Virus record (IMG/VR): IMGVR_UViG_3300043410_000565
Span: 92,236 to 156,235 of that record
Source of the DNA: a virus
Lineage: Duplodnaviria > Heunggongvirae > Uroviricota > Caudoviricetes
DNA: 64,000 bases
Strand: one strand, 5' to 3'
Shown here: positions 29,245 through 37,445 of the stretch, one piece after another
Position numbering within the stretch: position 1 is the stretch's first letter
How the letters are laid out: every line of letters begins with the position of its first letter
Program-made: the position numbers and the translations under genes
The notes under the pieces: model-generated
Told to the model about the DNA's origin: nothing
Databases searched by the model: none
Seen by the model: only the letters and a program-made list of their open reading frames with translations

Positions 29245-29745
29245 ATGTTGAAGTTCTCTGCTCTTTCCCTCGCTCAAAAGAAGTGTGTTGTTGCTCTCAT
29301 CGAGCATACCCCTGCTCTTAAAAAGACTGGTCAAATTACGCTGAAGGAAGTTACATCAATCACTCAAGATCTCGCTCAAATGCGCGAGCAGGGTGCTATG
29401 AAGATTGGCTATCCTAACTGGCTGTTCAAAGCCAATAAGATCGAGAAGGGTTTGTATCAACTCCCAGTTCCTACTGCCGCAGAATTGTCTGCGTACCAGC
29501 AAGAAATGGATGCTAAGTTGAACCCTGTTAAGAAAGCCAAGGCAAAAGTTGCCAAGCTGGCTCAAGCGAAAGTTGTTAAAGCGAAGGCTGTGAAGCCTGC
29601 GAAGAAAGTTGCTGCAAAGGCAACTGAGGACGAAAGTGATATCAGTGGTTCTCGTTTGAACCGTATCATCGAGGAATCTGTTGAGTACGACCAAGACGTC
29701 GAAGACTTCAACGCTATCCTCCGTGAAAACGGCATCGAAGTCTAA
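29245..29745 (+). CDS. Histone-H1-like (Ala/Lys/Pro-rich) DNA-binding protein with an N-terminal wHTH-like module. ATG 29245 behind AAGGA is preferred.
   Basis: Central KKAKAKVAKLAQAKVVKAKAVKPAKKVAAKA tract. The N-terminal motif PNWLFKANKIEKGLYQLPVP is shared with the AAA+ gene. Confidence 0.65.
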   Translation: MLKFSALSLAQKKCVVALIEHTPALKKTGQITLKEVTSITQDLAQMREQGAMKIGYPNWLFKANKIEKGLYQLPVPTAAELSAYQQEMDAKLNPVKKAKAKVAKLAQAKVVKAKAVKPAKKVAAKATEDESDISGSRLNRIIEESVEYDQDVEDFNAILRENGIEV

Positions 29746-29751
29746 TTCACA

Positions 29752-29790
29752 ATCCGTGTAGGTATCACCATCGCCTACACGGATCATTTT
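29752..29790 (+). terminator. Stem-loop (11-bp perfect arms ATCCGTGTAGG / CCTACACGGAT, 11-nt loop) followed by a CATTTTCG tail
   Basis: Perfect inverted repeat immediately after the 29745 stop. Confidence 0.55.
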
Positions 29791-29820
29791 CGTCATGATG
29801 GTATATTATGGAGGACATTT

Positions 29821-30078
29821 ATGTCTAAACACGCTAAACTTTTGAATCACCTACAAAACGGTCACGAAGTGACTTCAAAGCAAATCACTGGCACTTTCGG
29901 TTTGAAGAATGCTGGTCGCGCAGTTCACTATCTCCGTGAACAAGGTCACTGCGTTTATGCAAACCGTGTAACTCTTTCTGATGGCACTGAAGGTACAAAG
30001 TATCGTATTGGTAAGCCATCTCGTTCTATGGTTGCTATTGCTAATGCAGTTATGGGTTCAGCTGCGTTTACTCGATAA
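29821..30078 (+). CDS. Small basic wHTH-like protein
   Basis: 85 aa with RBS GGAGG. The segment TSKQITGTFGLKNAGRAVHYLREQGH...TKYRIGKP resembles the shared N-terminal module of the two upstream genes. Confidence 0.5.
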   Translation: MSKHAKLLNHLQNGHEVTSKQITGTFGLKNAGRAVHYLREQGHCVYANRVTLSDGTEGTKYRIGKPSRSMVAIANAVMGSAAFTR

Positions 30079-30383
30079 TGAGCGAAAACCTTCCTACTGG
30101 TCGTAAGTTCGATGGCGATAAACTTCGCTACGATCTTATTCCACCTCTAGCCCAAGAGGAGATGGTGAAGGTTTTGACGTTTGGTGCTCAGAAATATGCT
30201 CCCGATAATTGGCAGCTTGTTCCTGACTCCAAGCGTCGTTACTTTGCCGCAATGCAACGTCATGTATGGGCGTGGAAAATGGGAGAACAGGTTGACCCAG
30301 AATCTGGTATCCATCACTTGGCTCATGCTATGTGTTGCTTGATGTTCTTGTATGAACATGATGTAAAATATTCAAAGGAATAA
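30078..30383 (+). CDS. Putative nucleotide pyrophosphohydrolase-like (dATP/dGTP PPHyd / DUF550-like) protein
   Basis: DKLRYDLIPP...FGAQKY...W and HLAHAMCCLMFLYE are reminiscent of this family. The call rests on motifs only. TAATG junction. Confidence 0.4.
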   Translation: MSENLPTGRKFDGDKLRYDLIPPLAQEEMVKVLTFGAQKYAPDNWQLVPDSKRRYFAAMQRHVWAWKMGEQVDPESGIHHLAHAMCCLMFLYEHDVKYSKE

Positions 30384-30385
30384 CT

Positions 30386-31318
30386 GTGAAAAAATTTATT
30401 ATGATTTTGGCTCTCTTTGCTACTTCTGCATTCGCCGAGCCTTCCTTCGATCAAATTCAATCCCTTATCGGTCAGCAAAAATACGCTGCCGCTGAACAAG
30501 GTCTTGAACAGATTATCAAGAACCATCCTAACTCAGCCAAAGCCTATTACTCAATGGCTCAAGCGCAAGCTGGTTTGGGTAACCAAGACAAAGCACGTTA
30601 TGCCTTAAACAAGGCAACTGGTTTAGATCCTGCTCTGTCTTTTGCTTCTGCGAGTCAAGTACGTTCTCTTGAAGAAGCCCTTACACCTCAAGTAAAAAAG
30701 ATCGAGGTGATTGAGGAAAGCCATTGGCTCAGAAATACATTTATCGCTTTACTTGTTGCATCTGGTCTTGCTTTGCTGTTTGCTTGGTATATCCGTCGTA
30801 ACGAAGACGAAGACAAACGTGATGGCAGCTTCAAACCTGTAACTCCAGTGAGCCCAACCCCTTCCCCTTACAAGGAAGAACCGTTTGAGCCAGTCACAGT
30901 TAAAAAGAATACAGTGTACAAGAAAGCTGAAACACCAACACCTTCTTACACCCCTTCGTATTCAACACCTGCTCCAGCTGCTCATACTACAACCGTTGTT
31001 AATAACAGCAACGATGGTCTTTTGACTGGTATGATTCTGGGCAACATGATGTCTGGTCACCACCACGATCATGAACGTATTATCGAAAAGGAAGTTATCC
31101 GTGAAGTACCTGTCAAATCTTATGAGTCGCCTGGTGTCCGCACTTCGTCGCGGGATAGTGATTCTATTAGCAGCAGTTGGGATTCTGACTCTAGCAGTTC
31201 TCGGAGTTCGTCTTCTAGCTGGAGTTCTAGTTCTAGCAGTGATTCCTCTTGGAGTAGCAGCGATAGTTCTTCTAGCAGCTGGGACTCTGGTTCTAGTTCT
31301 AGCGACTCGTCTTGGTAA
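30386..31318 (+). CDS. Secreted or membrane-anchored protein with a TPR-like N-domain, a transmembrane segment and a Ser/Asp/Trp low-complexity tail. GTG start.
   Basis: Sec signal MKKFIMILALFATSAFA|EP, hydrophobic helix FIALLVASGLALLFAWYI, and a C-terminal (S)nW repeat region. RBS AAGGAA. Confidence 0.6.
   Translation: MKKFIMILALFATSAFAEPSFDQIQSLIGQQKYAAAEQGLEQIIKNHPNSAKAYYSMAQAQAGLGNQDKARYALNKATGLDPALSFASASQVRSLEEALTPQVKKIEVIEESHWLRNTFIALLVASGLALLFAWYIRRNEDEDKRDGSFKPVTPVSPTPSPYKEEPFEPVTVKKNTVYKKAETPTPSYTPSYSTPAPAAHTTTVVNNSNDGLLTGMILGNMMSGHHHDHERIIEKEVIREVPVKSYESPGVRTSSRDSDSISSSWDSDSSSSRSSSSSWSSSSSSDSSWSSSDSSSSSWDSGSSSSDSSW
31136..31318 (+). repeat. Low-complexity coding repeat (Ser-rich with periodic Trp/Asp) at the 3' end of the 30386 gene
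   Basis: Reiterated tctagc/agcagt codon units encoding SSSSWSSSSSSDSSW. Confidence 0.5.
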
Positions 31319-31342
31319 ATTTTTGAAAAAGGAAAATATATA

Positions 31343-32686
31343 ATGGAAATCGCAATTCTCCCTACCGTCCTAGCAGTACTGGCTATCGCTACTGTTCTTC
31401 TCTCTGCAATCTGGGTTGTTAACCTTCGTCGTGTTGTTTCAACCAATGAAGTTCACATTATCCAAAGCGCATCTAAAACCGTTTCGTTTGGTAAAGACCA
31501 AGAAGCTGGCAATACTTACTATGAGTGGCCAAGCTGGATTCCTGTAATTGGTATCAACGTTATCAAGTTGCCTGTGTCTGTGTTCAGCCTTCGCTTGAAA
31601 GACTATGAAGCATATGACAACGGTCGCTTGCCTTTCGTACTTGACCTTGAAGCGTTCTTCCGTATTGAAAACTCTAACGTTGCCGCTCAACGTGTTGCTG
31701 GTTATCAAGAACTGAATGCTCAGCTGTTGTCTATCCTTCAAGGTGCTGCTCGTACCATCCTTGCTTCTAAGACTATCGAAGAAATCATGCAAGGTCGTTC
31801 TGAGTTCGGTGATGCCTTTACCAAAGAAGTTAATGAGCAGTTGAAGGCTTGGGGTGTTACCACTGTTAAGAATATCGAGTTGATGGATATTCGCGACAGC
31901 CGTGAAAGCCAAGTTATCCAGAACATCATGGATAAGAAGAAGTCTGAAATTGAGAAAGAATCTCGTATCGTAGTTGCCGCAAACAAGAAGGCTGCTCAGA
32001 ATGCTGAAATTGACGCAGCACGAGAAATTGAACTTAACAAGCAGGTTGCCGCTGAACAAGTTGGTATCCGTACAGCTGAAAAAGAAAAAGCCGTTGGTAT
32101 CGCTAACGAAAAATCTCAGCAAGATATTAAGGCTCAACAAAAGGTTACAACTGAAAAGGCTATGGAAGTTGCCCGTGTTCAAGAAGTTAAGGCAGCTGAA
32201 ATTGCCAAGGACGTGAACGTGGTTAAAGCTGAAGAACAAAAGCAGACTGACGTTATCTCTGCTGAAGGTCAGAAGCAACGTACTGTGTTGGTTGCTGAAG
32301 GTAACTTGGAAGCTGAAAAGCGTAAGGCTGAAGCTGTGCTGGTGAACGGTCAAGCTAAAGCTGAATCCGAGAAGCTGTTGCAACTTGCCCCTGTTGAAGC
32401 TCAGATTGTTCTGGCTAAAGAAATTGGCGAGAACCAAAGCTACCAACAATACCTTATCACTATCCGTCAAGTTGAAGCTAACCAAGCTATCGGTGTTGAA
32501 CAAGCCCGTGCTTTGGATAAGGCTGATATCAAGGTTATCGCTAACAGCGGTACAGTGACTGGTGGTATTAGTTCCCTTGGTGAATTGTTCACCTCTCAAG
32601 GTGGCAGTAATGTAGGTGCTGCTCTTGAAGGACTTGCTCAAAGCGAAGTCGGCAAGCAATTGCTGGATAAGTTTGTAAGCAAATAA
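31343..32686 (+). CDS. SPFH/band-7 (flotillin/YqiK-like) membrane protein
   Basis: N-terminal TM helix and an SPFH core (FSLRLKDYEAYDNGRLPFVLDLEAFFRIEN...ILASKTIEEIMQGR). A long EA/K-rich coiled coil follows (flotillin repeats) with a C-terminal oligomerisation tail. Confidence 0.75.
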   Translation: MEIAILPTVLAVLAIATVLLSAIWVVNLRRVVSTNEVHIIQSASKTVSFGKDQEAGNTYYEWPSWIPVIGINVIKLPVSVFSLRLKDYEAYDNGRLPFVLDLEAFFRIENSNVAAQRVAGYQELNAQLLSILQGAARTILASKTIEEIMQGRSEFGDAFTKEVNEQLKAWGVTTVKNIELMDIRDSRESQVIQNIMDKKKSEIEKESRIVVAANKKAAQNAEIDAAREIELNKQVAAEQVGIRTAEKEKAVGIANEKSQQDIKAQQKVTTEKAMEVARVQEVKAAEIAKDVNVVKAEEQKQTDVISAEGQKQRTVLVAEGNLEAEKRKAEAVLVNGQAKAESEKLLQLAPVEAQIVLAKEIGENQSYQQYLITIRQVEANQAIGVEQARALDKADIKVIANSGTVTGGISSLGELFTSQGGSNVGAALEGLAQSEVGKQLLDKFVSK

Positions 32687-32688
32687 AC

Positions 32689-32717
32689 TTGACTTGTAGC
32701 TGATTTTCAGCTACAAT
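32689..32717 (+). promoter_or_regulatory. Possible sigma70-like promoter upstream of gene 45 (-35 TTGACT, 17-bp spacer, TACAAT)
   Basis: TTGACT at 32689-32694 and TACAAT at 32712-32717. The spacer contains the 7-bp hairpin GTAGCTG/CAGCTAC. Confidence 0.3.
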
Positions 32718-32748
32718 TCTACCTATACCTTTTTAATATGGAGAAATA

Positions 32749-33414
32749 ATGAAACTGTCCAAAGACACCCTTGCACTTTTTAAGAACTATGCTGGTATTA
32801 ATAGCAACTTGCTGTTGAAGGCTGGCAGTAAACTGTCAACAATCTCTTCTCAGAAGAACGTCATGTCTGACGTAACTGTTACTGAGACTTTCCCAGTAGA
32901 CTTTGGTATCTACGACCTTAACGAATTCCTCGGCGCAATGTCTATCTTTGAAGATCCCGAGTTGGAGTTCAGCGATAAGGTTTGTAAGATTACTCAGGGT
33001 AACATGAGCATCAAATACTTTGCAGCTGATGCCTCTGTTCTGACTGCTCCAACTAAGAGCATCACTTTCCCTGAAGCTGAAGTTAATTTCGAACTCAGCA
33101 ATCAGATGTTGACTATGATTCAACGTACTGCTTCTGTCTTGAAGTCAGCTGACGTTTCTATCGTTGGTGAAGCTGGACAAATTACTATCGTTGTTGGCGA
33201 TAAAAAGAACGCTACTGGTAACAGCTTCAGCGAACCAGTTGGTACAACTGATAAGACTTTCAAGGTAAACCTGAAGGTTGAAAACCTTAAGATGATCCCT
33301 GGTGATTATTCTGTTAGTGTCTCGAGCAAGAAGATCTCTCGCTTCAAGTCTAGCACTAACGGTGACTTGGTTTATTATGTTGCTGTAGAAGCGGATTCCA
33401 CCTTCGACTTCTAA
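32749..33414 (+). CDS. 45: Sliding clamp gp45
   Basis: The N-terminus (MKLSKDTLALFKNYAGINSNLLLK) and C-terminus (YYVAVEADSTFDF) closely match T4 gp45. Confidence 0.92.
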   Translation: MKLSKDTLALFKNYAGINSNLLLKAGSKLSTISSQKNVMSDVTVTETFPVDFGIYDLNEFLGAMSIFEDPELEFSDKVCKITQGNMSIKYFAADASVLTAPTKSITFPEAEVNFELSNQMLTMIQRTASVLKSADVSIVGEAGQITIVVGDKKNATGNSFSEPVGTTDKTFKVNLKVENLKMIPGDYSVSVSSKKISRFKSSTNGDLVYYVAVEADSTFDF

Positions 33415-33427
33415 GTGTGAACTTTTG

Positions 33428-33455
33428 GGGGAGCTTCGGCTCCCCATTTTTATTT
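33428..33455 (+). terminator. Rho-independent terminator after gene 45 (GGGGAGC-TTCG-GCTCCCC-ATTTTTATTTT)
   Basis: 7-bp GC stem, TTCG loop and a T-rich tail. Confidence 0.75.
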
Positions 33456-33471
33456 TATTATGGAGTTATTA

Positions 33472-34424
33472 TGATTGAACAGCAAAAAGACCAATTCCTG
33501 TGGGTTGAGAAGTATCGCCCGCAAAACATTGACGACTGTATCCTTCCTGAGTCATTGAAGAAAACTTTTAAGGACTACGTCGCTCAAGGTCAACTCCCAC
33601 ATATGCTTTTGTGTGGCACAGCTGGTATTGGTAAGACTACTATTGCCAAAGCCTTGTGTAATGAGATTGGCGCAGAATATATTATCCTGAACGGTTCAGA
33701 CACTGGCGGTCACATTGACACGCTGCGTACAACCATTAAGGGTTTCGCTACATCAGTTTCTTTAACTGATTCTAAGAAGGTTGTTATTCTAGACGAGGCT
33801 GATTACCTACAAGCCAACTCTACTCAACCTGCTCTCCGTAACTACATGGAAGAGTTCTCGGCTAACTGCCGCTTCATCTTTACTTGTAACTATAAGAACA
33901 AGATTATCGAGCCTCTGCATTCTCGATGTGCGGTTGTTGAGTTTAAGATCGACAACAAAGATAAGCAACAGATTGCTGCTCAGTTCTTCAAACGTGCCAC
34001 TGCTATTTTAAAGCAGGAAGGTATTGAGTTTGACCCGAAGGTTGTCGCTGAACTGGTCACTAAATACTTCCCTGATTGGCGTCGTGTGTTGAACGAACTT
34101 CAACGCTACTCTGTTTCTGGTAAGATTGATTCTGGTATCTTGGTCAACATGACTCATGATTCATTTAAAGATTTGATCGCTGCCATGAAAGAACGTAACT
34201 TCAGCGAAGTGCGTAAGTGGGTTGCTAAGAATTCGGATGCTGATACTACTGCGTTGTTCCGTGAGTTCTACGACAACTCTGTGGAATATGTTGAGTCATC
34301 TACTATTCCTAGTTTGGTTTTGGTTCTTGCTGAATACCAATACAAGGCTGCGTTCGTTGCTGACCATGAGTTGAACATCATGGCTGCTATGACAGAGATT
34401 ATGATTCAATGTAAGTTCAAGTGA
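33472..34424 (+). CDS. 44: Clamp loader large subunit gp44 (AAA+). ATG 33472 is preferred, because the ORF-track extension runs through the terminator.
   Basis: N-terminal MIEQQKDQFLWVEKYRP matches T4 gp44. Walker A GTAGIGKTT and Walker B ILDEAD. Confidence 0.85.
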
Positions 34425-34431
34425 GGTTGAT

Positions 34432-34764
34432 ATGGATATCTTAGTTTTAATTGTGGTTGCCCTTATCTTCTTTTATGCAGGTTGGCAATCACGTGAAGCA
34501 TATGCTATGCATGTCGTCAGACGTATCCTCGAAGAAGCTGAAGAAATGCAAGAGCCTGAAGAAGAGCCTCGTCAAAAGATGGTTCTGGAAAAGCACAATG
34601 ATGTTATCTATGCATACACGGATGATAATCATGAGTTCATGGCTCAAGGTAAAGACTTGTTTGAGTTGGATACAGCTATTCAAGCACGTTATCCTGGCAA
34701 GAAGTTTGCTATCCGAGAAGACAACCTAAAAGAGATTGCGGTAGAATATCATGAGTCCGTTTGA
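34432..34764 (+). CDS. Small membrane protein, hypothetical
   Basis: 110 aa with an N-terminal hydrophobic helix (ILVLIVVALIFFYAGW). Confidence 0.5.
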   Translation: MDILVLIVVALIFFYAGWQSREAYAMHVVRRILEEAEEMQEPEEEPRQKMVLEKHNDVIYAYTDDNHEFMAQGKDLFELDTAIQARYPGKKFAIREDNLKEIAVEYHESV

Positions 34765-35131
34765 TTTTATTAATGCAATTAACACGACGAAGGAAGACCT
34801 ATTATCGAATGATCCGTCATTAAGTAAAGAATACAAGCCATACATTATAAATATGGGCTTGTCATATTTCCACGACACAGTTGCTCAAGCTAATGCCATG
34901 AACCAGTACAGTTCTATCCCTGCGGAATGGCAATTCGCGTTTTTACTAAATAGTATCACCAAGAAGAAAAGATTCTCAAAGTGGCATAAGGCAGACAAAG
35001 CCACTGAATCTATAACTCTGGTGCAGGAATATTACGGGTATTCCAGTGAAAAGGCGAAAGACGTTTTGAACGTTCTTTCTGATGATCAATTGAATCTAAT
35101 AAAAGAAAAATTAAATAAAGGTGGAAAATAA
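34751..35131 (+). CDS. 62: Putative clamp loader small subunit gp62
   Basis: Synteny (44-62-regA). It is 126 aa, shorter than T4 gp62. Confidence 0.45.
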   Translation: MSPFDFINAINTTKEDLLSNDPSLSKEYKPYIINMGLSYFHDTVAQANAMNQYSSIPAEWQFAFLLNSITKKKRFSKWHKADKATESITLVQEYYGYSSEKAKDVLNVLSDDQLNLIKEKLNKGGK

Positions 35132-35562
35132 TGTCAGAAATGATTTACTATGACTGGACACCCGATTCTATGTTAGAGGTTACTCTTGCTGAACCAGATA
35201 ACTTCCTGAAGGTTCGCGAGACTCTTACTCGCATCGGAATTGCTTCCAAGAAAGACAACACGCTATATCAATCTTGCCATATCTTACATAAGCAAGGTCG
35301 TTATTTTATCGTTCACTTCAAAGAACTCTTTGCCCTAGACGGTAAAGATTCTAATATCACTTCAGGTGATATTGAGCGTAGAAATGCTATCGCTGGGCTG
35401 CTTCAAGACTGGGATCTATTAAAGATCGTACAGGCTAGTAAAGCAGAGCAGAAAGCATCACTATCCCAGATTAAAGTCGTAGCCTTCAAAGAGAAGAACG
35501 AGTGGAATCTAGTGGCGAAGTATAATATTGGTAAAAAAGTTCGACCTGTCGAGCAAAACTGA
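35131..35562 (+). CDS. regA: Translational repressor RegA
   Basis: FLKVRETLTRIGIASKKDNTLYQSCHILHKQGRYFIVHFKELF...KNEWNLVAKYNIG aligns closely with T4 RegA. Confidence 0.9.
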   Translation: MSEMIYYDWTPDSMLEVTLAEPDNFLKVRETLTRIGIASKKDNTLYQSCHILHKQGRYFIVHFKELFALDGKDSNITSGDIERRNAIAGLLQDWDLLKIVQASKAEQKASLSQIKVVAFKEKNEWNLVAKYNIGKKVRPVEQN

Positions 35563-35570
35563 TATAAATA
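35563..35570 (+). promoter_or_regulatory. T4-type late promoter TATAAATA directly after the regA stop
   Basis: Exact TATAAATA. It would launch a roughly 230-nt leader ahead of hsp20. Confidence 0.5.
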
Positions 35571-35576
35571 TTTTTG

Positions 35577-35807
35577 TCCCATCGGGATGGGAAGACCGTG
35601 ATGGCTGTGCTTACGGTATACAAAACAGCCACTAATTTGTCCCACCTTGGGACTGTTTGACGTTACAGCAAAAGGCGTCCGCCAGCATAAGCGATACAAA
35701 TGCCGTGCAATTGAACTGGTTCACGTCAGTAACCCCTGTATAAAGTAAGCAGGATCCTCTACGCCAAATGGGTAGAGAAATTTTTAACTCGCTTAATAGG
35801 AGAAAAC
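35577..35807 (+). other. Structured noncoding leader or intergenic RNA upstream of hsp20, with several GC-rich hairpins. Not a tRNA.
   Basis: Hairpins CCCATC-GG-GATGGG, TGGCTGTG...CACAGCCA-like, GTCCCA-CCT-TGGGAC and CTCTAC...GTAGAG. No ORF of 30 aa or more. Confidence 0.35.
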
Positions 35808-36290
35808 ATGACAAGCAAACAATTCATCCCTTCATTCTTCAGCCAAGACGTCTTCAAGGACTTCGACAAGGTATTCCTTGGTTTTGACGACCAGTTCGCC
35901 AAAATGCAAAAGTTCCACGATGACTTCGCGAAGAACATCCCTAACTATCCTCCATACAATATCAAGAAGATTGATGACACACATTACGTCATCGAGATTG
36001 CTGTTGCTGGCTTCGGTCAGACTGACCTTGACATTGAGATCAATGGTGGCACTCTAACAGTTAAGGGTAATGTTAATTCAGCAGAAGCTGAAGACAACTT
36101 CTTATTCAAGGGTATTGCTGCTCGTGCTTTCACTCGTACTTTCGCGCTTAACGACCAAGTGGAAGTTAAGGACGCTGAAATCTTCAACGGTATGCTTAAG
36201 ATTGCTCTTGAGCGTTTGATCCCTGAAGAAAAGAAAGCAAAGAAAGTGCCAGTAAAGTCAAAGGGTGACAAGACTCTTCTACAAGAGTAA
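35808..36290 (+). CDS. Small heat shock protein (Hsp20 / alpha-crystallin family)
   Basis: Alpha-crystallin domain YNIKKIDDTHYVIEIAVAGFGQTDLDIEINGGTLTVKGN...GIAARAFTRTFAL. RBS AGGAG. Confidence 0.85.
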   Translation: MTSKQFIPSFFSQDVFKDFDKVFLGFDDQFAKMQKFHDDFAKNIPNYPPYNIKKIDDTHYVIEIAVAGFGQTDLDIEINGGTLTVKGNVNSAEAEDNFLFKGIAARAFTRTFALNDQVEVKDAEIFNGMLKIALERLIPEEKKAKKVPVKSKGDKTLLQE

Positions 36291-36295
36291 GAGGT

Positions 36296-36313
36296 AGGGG
36301 AGGAAACTCCCCT
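36296..36313 (+). terminator. GNRA-capped hairpin (AGGGGAG-GAAA-CTCCCCT) after hsp20, with a weak T tract
   Basis: Perfect 7-bp stem with a GAAA loop. Confidence 0.35.
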
Positions 36314-36321
36314 TATCAATT

Positions 36322-36885
36322 ATGTTAGTACGCAAATTAACTGTATTAGATAAACAACGCATCATCCACAACTTAGTACAACTTCAAGGTGAAGACCGAA
36401 GATTAAGATTTGGTGCAATGTGTAATGATGATTACATCGTAAACTATGTTACAAAATCTTTCGAACAAGAATCCAAGTGGTTCGGTGTTGATCATATTGA
36501 TGGTCATCTTGTTGCTACTTGTCATGTAGCAATTTATAACGGTGAAGCAGAACTGGGTTGTTGTGTTGATGAAGACTTCCGTGGCGAAGGTTTAGCCCAA
36601 CAGATGTTCGATAGAGCCGTGACATGGTTACGCACTAAAGGCATAACAAACGTCTTTATGCATTGCCTAACTGAAAATGCTGCTATGCGTCATATCGCTC
36701 GAAAGAATGAGATGACCGTTGTTAGTGGTTACGGTGACACGGACGCCAACGTTGAAGTTGAACCCGCAACTCCAGCAACTTTCTTAGAAGATCAGTACAT
36801 GGACAGAATCGCAATGTATGACATGTATTATAAAAACAGCTATCGACTGTTTGACTTTTACTGGAATCGACAAACTCATACCTAA
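36322..36885 (+). CDS. GNAT-family acetyltransferase-like protein
   Basis: CHVAIYNGEAELGCCVDEDFRGEGLAQQMF resembles the GNAT motif A (R/Q-x-x-G-x-G/A). Confidence 0.5.
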   Translation: MLVRKLTVLDKQRIIHNLVQLQGEDRRLRFGAMCNDDYIVNYVTKSFEQESKWFGVDHIDGHLVATCHVAIYNGEAELGCCVDEDFRGEGLAQQMFDRAVTWLRTKGITNVFMHCLTENAAMRHIARKNEMTVVSGYGDTDANVEVEPATPATFLEDQYMDRIAMYDMYYKNSYRLFDFYWNRQTHT

Positions 36886-36893
36886 ATAAAGGT

Positions 36894-37100
36894 ATGATGA
36901 AAGCAAAAATAACTCCAAACCTCTTATCGTTTATCACAGTTAGACGAGGGGATTGGATTTTAAAATTATCTGTGTTTAAAACAAAACATGTTTTACTTAT
37001 TGCTCAGAATTATTATGCCACTGAACAGATTATAATTAAACATTTTAAACATCATGAAGAAGCTGCAGATTTTATTGAAACCCTAATAATTGAGGAATAG
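36894..37100 (+). CDS. Hypothetical small protein
   Basis: 68-aa ORF in the operon. AT-rich. Confidence 0.4.
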   Translation: MMKAKITPNLLSFITVRRGDWILKLSVFKTKHVLLIAQNYYATEQIIIKHFKHHEEAADFIETLIIEE

Positions 37101-37101
37101 T

Positions 37102-37407
37102 ATGAACAAAGTAAAAGTATTTAAATTAATCAATGGTGAAGAACTTATTGCAGAAGTTTTAGCAGAACATTCTGATAATTATGATCTAAAGAATCCAGCG
37201 AATATTATGTTACAACCGACTCAAAACGGTCAAATGGGTGTTGGTATCGCACCATACATGCCATATGTAACTGGCGATATTAAACTGTTCTATGTTGCAG
37301 TTGCAGCCGCAGGAACCCCTGAACAAAGCATGATTAACGAGTATAATCGGATCTTTGGGAGCGGTATCGAAGTCGTATCAGCCAGTGCCCTAGCTGGACT
37401 CAGATAA
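37102..37407 (+). CDS. Hypothetical protein. ATG 37102 behind AGGAATAG is preferred.
   Basis: 101-aa ORF followed by a strong terminator. Confidence 0.5.
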   Translation: MNKVKVFKLINGEELIAEVLAEHSDNYDLKNPANIMLQPTQNGQMGVGIAPYMPYVTGDIKLFYVAVAAAGTPEQSMINEYNRIFGSGIEVVSASALAGLR

Positions 37408-37414
37408 GCCCTCT

Positions 37415-37440
37415 AAACCACCCTCTCGGGTGGTTTTTTA
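37415..37440 (+). terminator. Rho-independent terminator (AAACCACCC-TCTC-GGGTGGTTT-TTTA)
   Basis: 9-bp stem followed by TTTTTTA. Confidence 0.8.
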
Positions 37441-37445
37441 CATCA

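Noticed and set aside
31439-32659. 406-aa minus-strand ORF
   Set aside because: It lies entirely antisense to the flotillin coiled-coil region. The long open frame is a by-product of repetitive GAA/GCT/AAG codons on the + strand. It has no RBS and a serine/leucine-rich nonsense composition. Every supported gene in the window is on the + strand.
33417-33471. ORF-track N-terminal extension of the clamp loader gene (start 33417)
   Set aside because: The extension reads through the rho-independent terminator of gene 45. The T4 gp44-like N-terminus MIEQQ...KYRP begins at ATG 33472 behind a GGAG RBS.
35577-35807. Possible tRNA or CRISPR-like element in the regA-hsp20 intergenic region
   Set aside because: There is no cloverleaf and no T-loop GTTCRANYC. 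The hairpins are not equally spaced direct repeats. I treat it as a structured leader or sRNA instead.
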